Positions 48,594 through 58,623 of a stretch of DNA of 64,000 nucleotides are shown piece by piece; position 1 is the stretch's first letter; the number at the start of each line of letters is the position of its first letter. The position numbers were made by a program, and so were the translations under genes. The notes beneath the pieces are model-generated. The model ran no database searches and was not told where the DNA came from. It was given only the letters and a program-made list of their open reading frames with translations. The stretch covers positions 500 through 64,499 of the forward strand of contig JAAXZI010000223.1 in the NCBI GenBank assembly GCA_012719955.1, written 5' to 3'. Source of the DNA: Phycisphaerae bacterium (GTDB lineage Bacteria; Planctomycetota; Phycisphaerae; UBA1845; PWPN01).

Positions 48594-48812
48594 CGGTTGT
48601 CGGTAGTCAGTTGCCGGGTGGTTTGTCCTGATGGTCAGTTGTGCGACTGATCGGACCGATCCGACGGATCAGACCGATCGGACGGATCAGGCGGGCAAGA
48701 TGCCCCCCCCCGAGGCGTTCAGATCGGCAAGATGCCCGCCCCCAAAATAGCCGGTCGGCGTGGCCGGGGGGCTACAACTGACCACGAACTACTGACCACC
48801 GACAATCAACCA
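48594..48812. repeat. Composite repeat island (7-mers, 9-mers, two GGCAAGATGCC REPs, GTAG-like element, inverted 7-mers)
   Basis: 7-mers 48594-48642, 9-mers 48647-48691, REPs at 48690 and 48726, ctac-ending element near 48750-48778, acaactg/actactg units to ~48812. Confidence 0.75.
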
Positions 48813-49570
48813 ATGTCTGCCGGCCAGGCGAACGCCGTGATGGGCGTATCCATGAGCAGACGCCTGGCGGTCTCGGGGTCGTTATTGGCTACGGCCGGGC
48901 CGGCGATCAGGCCGGTATCGAACTGGTTGGCCGCGTCGAACAGCTCCGGCCACCCCGGTTCCTGGTATGAGGCGTGCACCGTGATGGCGTGGGCGGGGGT
49001 TTGCTCGACGGCCTGGCGGGCATCGCGCAGATTGTCCACGGCGATGCCGAAAAAGCGCACCCGGCGCGAATCGCGCAGCTCTTCGAGCCGGCGGAAGGGC
49101 TCGCCGGCCTTGATTCTTTCCAGGTCGAAGGGGGCGAGTTGCAGCAGGTCGATGTGCGGCTGGCCTGTGCGCCAGAGCACCTGGTCAACCATGATCGACA
49201 TGCTCTGGTTCCAGTGAGCGGGGCCGACGCGGACGCAGAGGAAGAAGTCCGGGCGGTGGATTTCCTCTTCAGGAGCCACGGCCGGTGGGGCCAGCGGGGC
49301 GCTGCGTCCTTCGGCCGGCTCGCCGCCCATGGCCGAGGAGGCTTCGCCCTCATCGGCGGTCTGGGCCCAGGCGGAGAGCGCCAGGCTCCACTGGCCCTCG
49401 AGCAGGCCGACGAGTTGGGCCCATTCGGCGACGGCGACGTCCACGGGAATGTCGCACCAGTTCGGCGGTTGGTCAAAGGAGCTCATGCGCGGCGCGTCGG
49501 AACTCGTCCCCAGCGAGGGGCCGAAAGCCGAGAGCCGCAAGCCGGTGCGCCCTAGAATCTTGCCAGCCAT
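48806..49570 (-). CDS. Aldo/keto-reductase-like protein, truncated and lacking catalytic residues
   Basis: ILGRTGLRLSAFG, RPDFFLCVRVG, HIDLLQLAPFD, LEELRDSRRVRFFGIA. Confidence 0.65.
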   Translation of the reverse strand: MAGKILGRTGLRLSAFGPSLGTSSDAPRMSSFDQPPNWCDIPVDVAVAEWAQLVGLLEGQWSLALSAWAQTADEGEASSAMGGEPAEGRSAPLAPPAVAPEEEIHRPDFFLCVRVGPAHWNQSMSIMVDQVLWRTGQPHIDLLQLAPFDLERIKAGEPFRRLEELRDSRRVRFFGIAVDNLRDARQAVEQTPAHAITVHASYQEPGWPELFDAANQFDTGLIAGPAVANNDPETARRLLMDTPITAFAWPADIG

Positions 49571-49685
49571 GAAGAGGCCTCCCAAGAATACTGCAGTAAT
49601 TGACGCCTGTGGGCGGTAAACTGTATGATCCCGTTTCACCCGACGGCAGAGTCCTTCTGATAAGCCGGAGACAGGAGATAAACGC

Positions 49686-50630
49686 ATGGCGCGTCTTTTT
49701 GATGATATCACGCAGACGATCGGAAACACGCCTTTGGTGCGCATCAATCGCATTATTCAGGCCCCCGCCACCGTGTACGCCAAGTTAGAGTTCTTTAACC
49801 CGCTTTCCAGCGTCAAAGATCGCATCGGCGTCTCCATGGTCGAGGCTCTGGAGAAGGCCGGCCGGCTCACCAAAGATTCCGTCCTCATCGAGCCGACCTC
49901 CGGCAACACCGGTATCGCCCTGGCTTTTGTCTGCGCGGCCAAGGGGTATCGGCTCATCCTCACCATGCCCGAGAGCATGTCCATCGAGCGGCGCAATCTG
50001 CTCAAGGCCCTGGGCGCCGAGTTGGTGCTCACGCCGGCCACCGAAGGCATGAAGGGCGCCATCGCGCGCGCTGAGCAACTGGCCCATGAGTTGCCCAACG
50101 CGATCATTCCCCAGCAGTTCAAGAACCCGGCCAACCCCGAGATTCACCGCAAGACGACGGCCGAGGAAATCTGGCGCGACACTGACGGCAAGGCCGACAT
50201 CCTCGTCTCCGGTGTGGGGACGGGCGGCACCATCACCGGCGTGGGCGAGGTGATCAAATCGCGCAAGCCCTCGTTCCAATGCATCGCCGTGGAGCCGGCC
50301 GATTCGCCGGTCATTACTCAGAAACGCGCCGGGCAGGACCTCAAGCCCGGCCCCCATAAAATCCAGGGTCTGGGCGCGGGGTTCATCCCGGACGTGCTCA
50401 AAGTCGACCTGATCGACGACGTGGTTCGGGTGACCAACGAGGATTCTTTCAAGTGGGCCCGCCGGGCGGCCCGCGAGGAAGGCATCCTGTGCGGCATCTC
50501 TTCGGGCGCGGCCTTGTACGCGGCCAACGAGGTGGCCCGCCGTCCGGAGAACGAGGGCAAGATGATCATCGCCATTCTGCCCAGCGCTGGCGAACGCTAT
50601 CTGTCCACGCCGTTGTTCCAGGAGGGCTAG
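49686..50630 (+). CDS. cysK: Cysteine synthase A
   Basis: [16 protein letters not shown] (PLP Lys), [33 protein letters not shown]. Confidence 0.96.
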   Translation: MARLFDDITQTIGNTPLVRINRIIQAPATVYAKLEFFNPLSSVKDRIGVSMVEALEKAGRLTKDSVLIEPTSGNTGIALAFVCAAKGYRLILTMPESMSIERRNLLKALGAELVLTPATEGMKGAIARAEQLAHELPNAIIPQQFKNPANPEIHRKTTAEEIWRDTDGKADILVSGVGTGGTITGVGEVIKSRKPSFQCIAVEPADSPVITQKRAGQDLKPGPHKIQGLGAGFIPDVLKVDLIDDVVRVTNEDSFKWARRAAREEGILCGISSGAALYAANEVARRPENEGKMIIAILPSAGERYLSTPLFQEG

Positions 50631-50728
50631 CCCAGCCAGTCCGCAGCCGGTGAGGGTGGGCATCGGGAAAGAGGCCGAAGTCGGAGGTCGGGGCGGCAGC
50701 CCTGTCCGCCCGCTGAAAAGGACGCCAG

Positions 50729-51466
50729 GTGGTCACCTCGCACGAGCAGTTGGTTGCCGCGTTGCGGGCCTCTATCACCGACAGTGGAGTCCGGCCCGGC
50801 ACGGAGCATCCCTGCCCATACCTTCCCGACCGCATGTCGCGCGAGCTGGCGTTCAGCGCTGACGAACTGACGCCCCGCTTCTACCACGCCTTGATGGATT
50901 TGAACTTCCGCCGGAGCGGATCCTGCATCTACCGCCCGGCCTGCGTCGCCTGTCAGGAGTGCCGGCAGATCCGGGTGCCGGTTGCCGACTTCCGGCCCAA
51001 CCGCTCTCAGCGGCGATGCTGGAAGCGCAATGCGAACCTGGTCGTCGAGGTGGGGGCCCCGCTGCTGACCGAGGAGAAGCACGAACTCTATTCCCGCTAT
51101 CTGTGCTCTCGCCACGACCGCCAGATGAGCAGCTCGTGGGCAAGCTTGAGGAATTTCCTCTACGAATCGCCCATCCACACGCTGGAAGTGACATACCGCC
51201 GGGAAGGGCGGCTGGTGGCGGTCGGCATCACCGACGCCGAGCCGGAGGCCCTGAGCACCGTCTACTGTTACTATGACCCCGATCTGCCCCGTGATTCGCT
51301 GGGTGCCTTCAACGTACTCTGGACGCTGGATCTGGCTCGTCGGAAGGGCATCGCCTACGTTTACCTGGGCTACTACATCCGCGACTGTGCCAAGATGAAC
51401 TACAAGCTCAACTTCCGTCCCTGCGAGCTGCTGCGGCCCGACGGGTCGTGGGAACGGTGTGAATGA
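50729..51466 (+). CDS. ate: Aminoacyl-tRNA--protein transferase, ATE1/Bpt-like
   Basis: HPCPYL, FRRSG..IYRP.C..C, YCYYDPD...SLG.F.VL, YLGYYI..C.KM.YK..F.P. Confidence 0.9.
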   Translation: MVTSHEQLVAALRASITDSGVRPGTEHPCPYLPDRMSRELAFSADELTPRFYHALMDLNFRRSGSCIYRPACVACQECRQIRVPVADFRPNRSQRRCWKRNANLVVEVGAPLLTEEKHELYSRYLCSRHDRQMSSSWASLRNFLYESPIHTLEVTYRREGRLVAVGITDAEPEALSTVYCYYDPDLPRDSLGAFNVLWTLDLARRKGIAYVYLGYYIRDCAKMNYKLNFRPCELLRPDGSWERCE

Positions 51467-51497
51467 GAAAACCCGCCCGGTTCCCTTGCGGACCCGC

Positions 51498-51526
51498 TTG
51501 ACGGCTGGGGTCCGGCTATCTAAACT
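51498..51526 (+). promoter_or_regulatory. Sigma70-like promoter of tRNA-Phe
   Basis: TTGACG-17 bp-TAAACT, 11 nt before the tRNA. Confidence 0.7.
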
Positions 51527-51537
51527 GCCTTGGCCAC

Positions 51538-51610
51538 GGGCAGGTAGCTCAGTTGGTAGAGCAATGGACTGAAAATCCATGTGTCACCAGTTCGAATCTG
51601 GTCCTGCCCA
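51538..51610 (+). tRNA. tRNA-Phe (GAA), CCA not encoded
   Basis: Acceptor GGGCAGG/CCTGCCC+A, D arm GCTCAGTTGGTAGAGC, anticodon loop CTGAAAA, T loop TTCGAAT. Confidence 0.96.
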
Positions 51611-52198
51611 ATAGATCCCCTTTCTTCCTCTCTAATGCACATAAACCCTTTAAAAACAGGGATTTGTCGCCATGCGCCGCCGGCGGCGAGAAGTTCCGTT
51701 CCCGGTTGAAACGTTCCATGTTTCTACAGCGGCCCGGCGGGCACCGGCCAAAGGCGGGATGACCGGGCGTTCCGGTGACGTGGCCGGGCCTCGGGGATAT
51801 ATTTTCAGTCAAATGGCGTCTGACCAGACCTGCCCGGTACTACGCTCGCTGATGCCGTTCTGGATGGGGTCGCGGATTTTGCCGCCGGCACCACGACCGC
51901 CATTCTTGAAGAGATCTCTCCCATTGACGAACTCATTGACGCGCAACGGTGAGGGGCTGGGGAGTGGATAAATTGCAGTCTGTATGACATGGGCTCGGGT
52001 GGCGGGTTTGCTCCCGTGGCCAGGCTTGAGAGGCCGCCGGGTGGCCGAACGCGCGAGCCGCTCGAAGCGACCGTCAAACATACAATAAGCGTATCGGAAG
52101 ACGCCGGGGCTCTCAGGCATCTAACCTGCATGAGAGCCCTGCCTTTCTGAGCGAACCGGTGGCTTCAAGGCCGAAATTGAACCTCTCATCGCGAGGAT

Positions 52199-54838
52199 AT
52201 GATGGCTGCACGCTCTGCACACCAGGGGCCACAGGCGCCGCAGGCTGATGATTCCGGCGGCACCAACCGCGGTGGGCTCACCCGGCGCGAGGCCACGAAT
52301 GGCTCGCACCATACGGCGACCACGCCTGACGGAGCACGCGAACGGATCGACCTGCCGTTGACGGGCATGAGCTGTGCAGCTTGCGCGCGGCGCATAGAAA
52401 AGGCGCTCGCGGGCGCGCCCGGCGTGCATCGGGCCAGTGTGAACTTCGCCACTTCCAGGGCCACGGTCGAATACGACCCCCGAACCACCGGTCTGCGCCC
52501 CTTGATGACGCTCGTGCGTGAGATCGGTTACGACACCGCGGCGACGGCGCGGGCCGATTTCGTGGTGGATGATTCAGCCCGACCGGCCGGAAGCAGTCGT
52601 CCCTTGGAGGAGCATCTCGGCCGGCTTCGCGGCGTCGTAGAAGCCGGTTTCAATCTGGGCACGATGGAAGTACGCATCGAATATCTGCCCGGCGCGATTG
52701 ACGTGCCGGCGTTGCGCAAGGCCATCGAAGCGTTCGGCTACCGCGTCGCCGATACGCCCCCGGACGCTGCCGCTCCCCCGGAGGAAACCGCCGACCAGGA
52801 GGCCCACAGCGCCGAGTACCGCGACCTGCGGCGCAGGTTCTGGATTGCGGCGGCCTTCTCCCTGCCCATCCTGGTCATGGCCATGTCCCACGGGCGGATT
52901 GCCTTTCTGAACTTCCCCGGAGCCAACTGGCTGCAACTGTTGCTGGCCACCCCCGTGGTCGTGTACTGCGGGGCGCAGTTTTACCGCGGCGCATGGCGGG
53001 CCTTCCGGCACCGGGCGGCGGACATGAACACGCTCATTGCCGTGGGCACCGGGGCGGCCTACCTGTATTCGGTGGCGGCGACGCTGGTTCCCGATTTCTT
53101 CGCCTCCGCCCTCGTGAGGCATGGCACGGAGGGAATGGACGCCGCGGCCGGGCCCATGGTGCCGGTTTACTTCGAGGCCGCCGCGGTGATCATCGCCCTG
53201 ATCCTGCTGGGGCGGATGCTGGAAGCGCGGGCCAAGGGGCGGACCGGGGACGCCATTCGCCGTCTGATCGGCTTGCAGGCCAGGACCGCGCGGGTCATCC
53301 GCGACGGCCAGGAGCAGGACATTCCGGTGGAGGAAGTCGTTCCCGGCGACCTGGTGCTGGTCCGGCCGGGAGAGAAGATTCCGGTGGACGGCACGGTTGA
53401 GGACGGGGCCTCGGCGGTGGACGAATCCATGCTGACCGGTGAAAGCCTGCCGGTGGAGAAGCATCCCGGCGACGAGGTGTTCGGCGCGACGATCAACAAG
53501 ATGGGGAGCTTCCGCTTCCGTGCCACCAAGGTGGGCAAAGACACGGCCCTCCAGCAGATTGTCAGGCTGGTGCGGGAGGCCCAGGGCTCCAAGGCGCCGA
53601 TTGCCCGCCTGGCGGATGTCATCAGCGGCATTTTTGTGCCCGTCGTGTTGTGCATTGCCATCGCCGCCTTCGTGGTGTGGTTCATCGTCGCACCGGAGGA
53701 GGTGCGTTTCACGATGGCCCTGGTCAGCTTTGTCTCCGTGCTGATCATCGCCTGCCCCTGCGCCCTGGGCTTGGCGACGCCCACGGCCATCATGGTGGGC
53801 ACGGGCAAGGGAGCGGAACACGGGGTACTCATCAAGGGCGGCGAAACCCTCGAAACGGCCCACAAACTTCAGACCATTGTGTTGGACAAGACCGGTACCA
53901 TCACCCAGGGCCAGCCCGCGCTGACCGACATCCTGCCTGCTCCGGCTATCAGCGAGGCCGATCTGCTTCGCCTGGCCGCTTCGGCCGAGCAGGGCAGCGA
54001 GCACCCGCTGGGTGAAGCCATCGTGCGCGCCGCCCGCGAGCGAAACCTTCCGCTGACTGAGACGCAAGCGTTCAATGCGGTGGCGGGGCAGGGCATCGAG
54101 GCGGTTGTGAATGGCCGGCGATTGCTGCTGGGCAACGCCAAGCTGATGCGGGAGCGTCATATTCACCTGGACGGCTTTGACGATCCGACCGCCGCCCTGG
54201 CCGCCCAGGGCAAGACGCCCATGTATGTGGCCGTGGGTGATCGACTGGCCGGTGTCATCGCCGTCGCCGACCCGATCAAGCCCGAGTCGAAAGAGGCCGT
54301 TCGGGCCATGCGGGACTTGGGGCTGGAAGTGGTGATGGTCACGGGCGACAACCGGCGTACGGCCGAAGCCGTGGCTCGCGAAGTCGGCATCGAGCGGGTG
54401 TACGCGGAAGTCCTGCCCGAAGGCAAGGTCGATTGCATCCAGGCCCTCCAGCAGGAAAAGAAGCGGGTCGGCATGGTGGGCGACGGGATCAACGATGCGC
54501 CCGCGCTGGCCCGGGCCGACGTGGGCATCGCCATCGGCACGGGCACGGACGTGGCCATGGAAGCGTCCGACATCACGCTGATCCGCGGCGATCTGCGCGG
54601 TGTGGTGACGGCCATCCTGCTCTCGCGGGCCACCATCCGGACCGTCAAACAGAATCTCTTCTGGGCTTTCATCTATAACATCCTGGGTATTCCCATCGCG
54701 GCGGGAGTGCTCTATCCGGTCACCGGCTGGCTGCTTTCGCCGATCCTTGCCAGTGCGGCTATGTCCTTCTCCAGCGTGTCGGTCGTGACCAACAGCCTGC
54801 GTCTGCGGCGATTCCAGCCCGCAACGGGAGGCGCATGA
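52199..54838 (+). CDS. copA: Copper-translocating P1B-type ATPase
   Basis: [47 protein letters not shown]...MSFSS. Confidence 0.95.
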   Translation: MMAARSAHQGPQAPQADDSGGTNRGGLTRREATNGSHHTATTPDGARERIDLPLTGMSCAACARRIEKALAGAPGVHRASVNFATSRATVEYDPRTTGLRPLMTLVREIGYDTAATARADFVVDDSARPAGSSRPLEEHLGRLRGVVEAGFNLGTMEVRIEYLPGAIDVPALRKAIEAFGYRVADTPPDAAAPPEETADQEAHSAEYRDLRRRFWIAAAFSLPILVMAMSHGRIAFLNFPGANWLQLLLATPVVVYCGAQFYRGAWRAFRHRAADMNTLIAVGTGAAYLYSVAATLVPDFFASALVRHGTEGMDAAAGPMVPVYFEAAAVIIALILLGRMLEARAKGRTGDAIRRLIGLQARTARVIRDGQEQDIPVEEVVPGDLVLVRPGEKIPVDGTVEDGASAVDESMLTGESLPVEKHPGDEVFGATINKMGSFRFRATKVGKDTALQQIVRLVREAQGSKAPIARLADVISGIFVPVVLCIAIAAFVVWFIVAPEEVRFTMALVSFVSVLIIACPCALGLATPTAIMVGTGKGAEHGVLIKGGETLETAHKLQTIVLDKTGTITQGQPALTDILPAPAISEADLLRLAASAEQGSEHPLGEAIVRAARERNLPLTETQAFNAVAGQGIEAVVNGRRLLLGNAKLMRERHIHLDGFDDPTAALAAQGKTPMYVAVGDRLAGVIAVADPIKPESKEAVRAMRDLGLEVVMVTGDNRRTAEAVAREVGIERVYAEVLPEGKVDCIQALQQEKKRVGMVGDGINDAPALARADVGIAIGTGTDVAMEASDITLIRGDLRGVVTAILLSRATIRTVKQNLFWAFIYNILGIPIAAGVLYPVTGWLLSPILASAAMSFSSVSVVTNSLRLRRFQPATGGA

Positions 54839-54839
54839 C

Positions 54840-55241
54840 ATGGATGCGGCGGAAATTGCGGTCTTGCTGGCGGGCGCGGCGCTCATCGGGTTTGTCCTGT
54901 GGTATTTCTTCGGGGAACGGCCAGCGGTCAGTGCTGCGGTCGATCCATCGGGCGTTCAGGAGATCAAGATCACCGTGAAGGGTGGTTATTCCCCCGATAT
55001 GATCGTGGTTCGCCAGGGCCGGCCAGTGCGGCTGGATTTTTACCGGGACGAGACGGCCTCCTGCAGCGAACGGGTGGTCTTCGGCGATTTCGGCATCGCA
55101 CGCGATCTGCCCGCCTTCCAAACCACGCGCATCGAGTTTACGCCGGACCAGCCGGGCGAATTCACCTTTGCCTGCGGCATGAACATGCTGCGCGGGAAAC
55201 TGGTGGTAAAGCCCGCCGACGGGTCGCCCGGCATGGCGTGA
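54840..55241 (+). CDS. Membrane-anchored cupredoxin-domain protein (CupA-like)
   Basis: N-terminal TM; GGYSPD, C...FACGMNMLRG; 1 nt after copA stop. Confidence 0.88.
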   Translation: MDAAEIAVLLAGAALIGFVLWYFFGERPAVSAAVDPSGVQEIKITVKGGYSPDMIVVRQGRPVRLDFYRDETASCSERVVFGDFGIARDLPAFQTTRIEFTPDQPGEFTFACGMNMLRGKLVVKPADGSPGMA

Positions 55242-55296
55242 TGGCGCGAGCCTGTGGGCCTCATTTCGTGTAAGATACGCCGCGAGGTGATGATCC

Positions 55297-58200
55297 ATGA
55301 TTCCAACCGTTCTGCTCGTATCGTGCCTGTGTACACCAGCCGCTCCTGCGACCCAGCCGGCGTCGCGCCATCCGACGGTTTACGTGACTCCGGAGGATGT
55401 CGCTCGCGCGCGTGACCGGATCAAAAGTGACCCGGCCGCACGCAAATGGTTCGAGTCGCTCAAACGCCAGGCGGCGTCCTGGAACGACAAAACTCCTGAG
55501 TGGGTTAAAGAGGTAATGCCTGGCGAGGGCGCGTGTTTTGCCTACGGCTTCACCGGCTGCCCGATTTGCGGAAAAACATGGGGCATCTGGGGGGCGGCCC
55601 GGGCCTCGTTCGACAAGCCCGGCCGGATCACCTGCGACAACGGCCATGTACTCCCCGATGACCAGCATCCCGACCCCGGCACCGGCTACGTCGGCCCGGA
55701 CCAGCGCGTGCATTACTTCGTGGGTTCCTACAACGCTTGGGTGGTCGAGACGCTGATCTCCAAGATCGCCTTTCCGTACGCCACCATTTACCTTCTGGAA
55801 AAGGACGAGCGTGCCGGCCGGATGGCCGCGGTGATCCTCGACGAGATCGCCCGCATCTATCCTTCCTGCGATAAGGGTTCCTGGGACTACCCCTCCAATC
55901 CGCCCAGCGGCCGTCTGAACCGGCCGTGGTACCAGGTGGCCCGAGTGCTGGTGCACCTGGTGGACATCTATGACCGTATCTACGACCATCCCGCCCTGGA
56001 TGAGCCCTCATCCCGCGAAGGTCTGACCCGGCGGCAGAACATCGAACGCAACCTCCTGCTCAACGGGGCGCAGTATTGCCATGAGCAGTCCGTGAAGGGC
56101 AAGGGCCTGCACAATGGCCAGGCCGACTATCTTCGCGGTGTCCTGGCCGTCGGCGTGTTGCTGGACATTCCCGAGTACATCACCTGGCCGGTGGACGGGC
56201 CGTTTGGTTTCCGCGCCATGCTGGCCAACAACATCGACCGCGACGGGCGATATTTCGAGACGTCCACCGGCTATGGCTTGCACACGCGAAATCTCTATCT
56301 GACCTTCGCCGAACCGTTGCTCAACTATCGCGGCCGGGTGTACCCCAACGGCTTGAATCTCTATGACGATCTGCGCTTCCAGAAGTTCCTGACCGTGCCG
56401 CAGATGGCCCTCGTTTGCCTGGGCCACCTGGCCGTCATCGGAGATGATGCCCCGGCCACCAAGCGGAACAGCCTGCCCTACGTGCCACCCCGGATCTATG
56501 ACATACTCATGACCGATTACCTGGCCAGCAGGGTGTCCGATCCGGCCCGGCGGGCGGGATATGCGGCCCTGTCGCGACATCTGCGGGCCCTGGCCGCCAG
56601 TGCGAATCAGAAGTCCGAGCCGATGACCGAGTGGCGCGTCTTCCATGATATTGCGGACGAGGCGCCTGCCGACGCGGAAATCGACCCCCTGGCCCAGCAA
56701 TGGATGGACGGGTCGTATTTCTTTGGTCAGAAGGGGCTGGCCGTGCTTCGAACCGGCCAAGGCGCGCAGGCCCGGGCGGCCGTGCTTCGTTTCGGACCTT
56801 CTCTTGTCCACGGCCATTTCGACGATCTCAACGTGAACTATTTCGACCTCGGGTACGAGATGACCTACGATCTCGGCTATCACCTCGGCAGCACGCACAC
56901 GCAGGTGGGCTGGGCCCGCCAGACGGCCAGCCATAACACGGTAGTGGTAAACGAGAAATCGCAGGGCGGCGGCCCGTCGGGGGGCAGCCTGCTGCACTTC
57001 GCCGACCTGCCCGGCCTGGTGCTGGCAGAAGCTTCCTCGACCGCGTATGAGCACCTGGGCGTGAACCTCTACCGGCGCCTGTTCGCGTTGGCTGACGGTT
57101 ACGCCATTGACCTCTTCCGGGTGAAGGGCGGCCGACAACATGATCTGCCGTTGCATTCGCTGACCACCGATGTGGAATTCAAAGACCTGAGCTTCGGCCC
57201 CGTCCGGCCAGGCAGCCTGGCCGGTGAGGAGCACCGCTGGGGCGAGTTGCAACTCAATGACGGGGACATGAAGGGTTATCCCAACAAACCCTATTGGAAC
57301 CCGCCGCCCGGCAACGGCTATGGGTTCCTGACCGGGCCGCGCCGCGCACAACCGGCGGGGAACTGGTCGGCTACCTGGCGGCTGGAGGGCGACGATCAGC
57401 CGCGCTTCCAGATGCTGGCCATTCACGAGGCCGGTACGGAGGTGATTTCAGCCTCCGCGCCGGGGTTGTATCCGCACTATCCCAAGGCCGGCTACGTGAT
57501 TCGCCGGCGATCAGGCGACAATCTCTCTTCCTGCTTTGTCTCGCTCTGGCAGACCGCGGCGGATTCATCCCCCTTTGCGGCCCGCTCGCTGGAATGGATC
57601 GGCGGAGACGAGCCGCGCACAGCGGAGTCGTCGCTGGCTTTCAGCGTGAATTCGGGTCAGGGCTGGCGCGATATCTGGTTGGTGGCTGCGAGTCCCGACG
57701 ACGAGGTTGCCGGCAGCAGCGAAGGCATGCCCGTCTCGCTGCAAGGCGCGTTTGCCCGGTGCCGATGGGATGATGCCGGGCTGGTGTCCGCCTGGCTGCT
57801 CGAAGGGACCGAGCTCAAGATCGGTGACTGGACCATCCGCCTCGACGCCGATGGCTGGCAGACGCAGGTGGAGACGTTGCCCGACGGCTCGCCGACCCTG
57901 CGCTCGACAAATGTGTGGCCCTCCGACGGACGGTATGACGGCTGCCCGATGTATGTCGACAATCCGGCGTACTCGCGAAATTCGGCCTACGTGGTGAAGG
58001 CGGCCAGCGAGAACCGCGTACAGGTTCAACAGGCTGATACGCTGCTGGGCGTGGGGGTGGTTGATGCGATCCCCGATGGCCGAACGCTGGTGACTTCCAT
58101 TCCGCATGAGTATGCCTGCGCCATGGGCTGGCGCGAGACTTCGACCTTCTTCCGGGGCAAGCTGGTGACGGTGATTGACGGGCCGGCGGCCGCCAGGATT

Positions 58201-58515
58201 CAGAAGGTGTCCATGACCAATGACCTTCGCCTGGAGGTGGATTCAACCGAGGGGTTCAAGGTAGGGCAGAGATTCCATTATCACGATGTGCAGCCGGGCG
58301 ACACCCTGCGTGTTCAGCATTACGCCTGCCTGGAGCGTGTCTCGGCCGGCACGTATCGGTTGCGGGCCAATACCGACGTGACCCTCTTGGCCCCGCAGGC
58401 CGCACGGATCGAGTACCTGGACCGCGATGGAAATCTCCAGAATGCCGCGGATGGGCGGATCCCCTGGACCGCGTTGAAACCGGGACAGGGAACGACGCTG
58501 AACCTGCGGAATTGA
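55297..58515 (+). CDS. Heparinase II/III-family polysaccharide lyase-like protein
   Basis: Signal peptide + ATQP; HNGQAD, DGRYFETS.GY, HGHFDDL, TASHNTVVVN. Confidence 0.8.
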   Translation: MIPTVLLVSCLCTPAAPATQPASRHPTVYVTPEDVARARDRIKSDPAARKWFESLKRQAASWNDKTPEWVKEVMPGEGACFAYGFTGCPICGKTWGIWGAARASFDKPGRITCDNGHVLPDDQHPDPGTGYVGPDQRVHYFVGSYNAWVVETLISKIAFPYATIYLLEKDERAGRMAAVILDEIARIYPSCDKGSWDYPSNPPSGRLNRPWYQVARVLVHLVDIYDRIYDHPALDEPSSREGLTRRQNIERNLLLNGAQYCHEQSVKGKGLHNGQADYLRGVLAVGVLLDIPEYITWPVDGPFGFRAMLANNIDRDGRYFETSTGYGLHTRNLYLTFAEPLLNYRGRVYPNGLNLYDDLRFQKFLTVPQMALVCLGHLAVIGDDAPATKRNSLPYVPPRIYDILMTDYLASRVSDPARRAGYAALSRHLRALAASANQKSEPMTEWRVFHDIADEAPADAEIDPLAQQWMDGSYFFGQKGLAVLRTGQGAQARAAVLRFGPSLVHGHFDDLNVNYFDLGYEMTYDLGYHLGSTHTQVGWARQTASHNTVVVNEKSQGGGPSGGSLLHFADLPGLVLAEASSTAYEHLGVNLYRRLFALADGYAIDLFRVKGGRQHDLPLHSLTTDVEFKDLSFGPVRPGSLAGEEHRWGELQLNDGDMKGYPNKPYWNPPPGNGYGFLTGPRRAQPAGNWSATWRLEGDDQPRFQMLAIHEAGTEVISASAPGLYPHYPKAGYVIRRRSGDNLSSCFVSLWQTAADSSPFAARSLEWIGGDEPRTAESSLAFSVNSGQGWRDIWLVAASPDDEVAGSSEGMPVSLQGAFARCRWDDAGLVSAWLLEGTELKIGDWTIRLDADGWQTQVETLPDGSPTLRSTNVWPSDGRYDGCPMYVDNPAYSRNSAYVVKAASENRVQVQQADTLLGVGVVDAIPDGRTLVTSIPHEYACAMGWRETSTFFRGKLVTVIDGPAAARIQKVSMTNDLRLEVDSTEGFKVGQRFHYHDVQPGDTLRVQHYACLERVSAGTYRLRANTDVTLLAPQAARIEYLDRDGNLQNAADGRIPWTALKPGQGTTLNLRN

Positions 58516-58623
58516 GCCCGTTGCCGCCGTGGTCAGGGTGGTGGCAGTTGCCGGCCTTCGGCCAGGCTCAGATAATAACCTGTGGACTGGCCGAGAGATG
58601 GCTCTGCGGTGGAGAAGATCCTG

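Noticed and set aside
51805-52131. ORFs between tRNA-Phe and copA
   Set aside because: No motifs or SD; likely spurious.
51538-52198. Genomic island integrated at tRNA-Phe carrying copA
   Set aside because: No integrase, no duplicated tRNA 3' end in the window and no sustained compositional shift.
52177-52203. CueR/MerR-type promoter before copA (TTGAAC, CCTC-N7-GAGG, TATGAT)
   Set aside because: The -35/-10 spacing is 15 bp rather than the ~19 bp MerR-type promoters need, the dyad is only 4 bp and the -10 overlaps the start codon.
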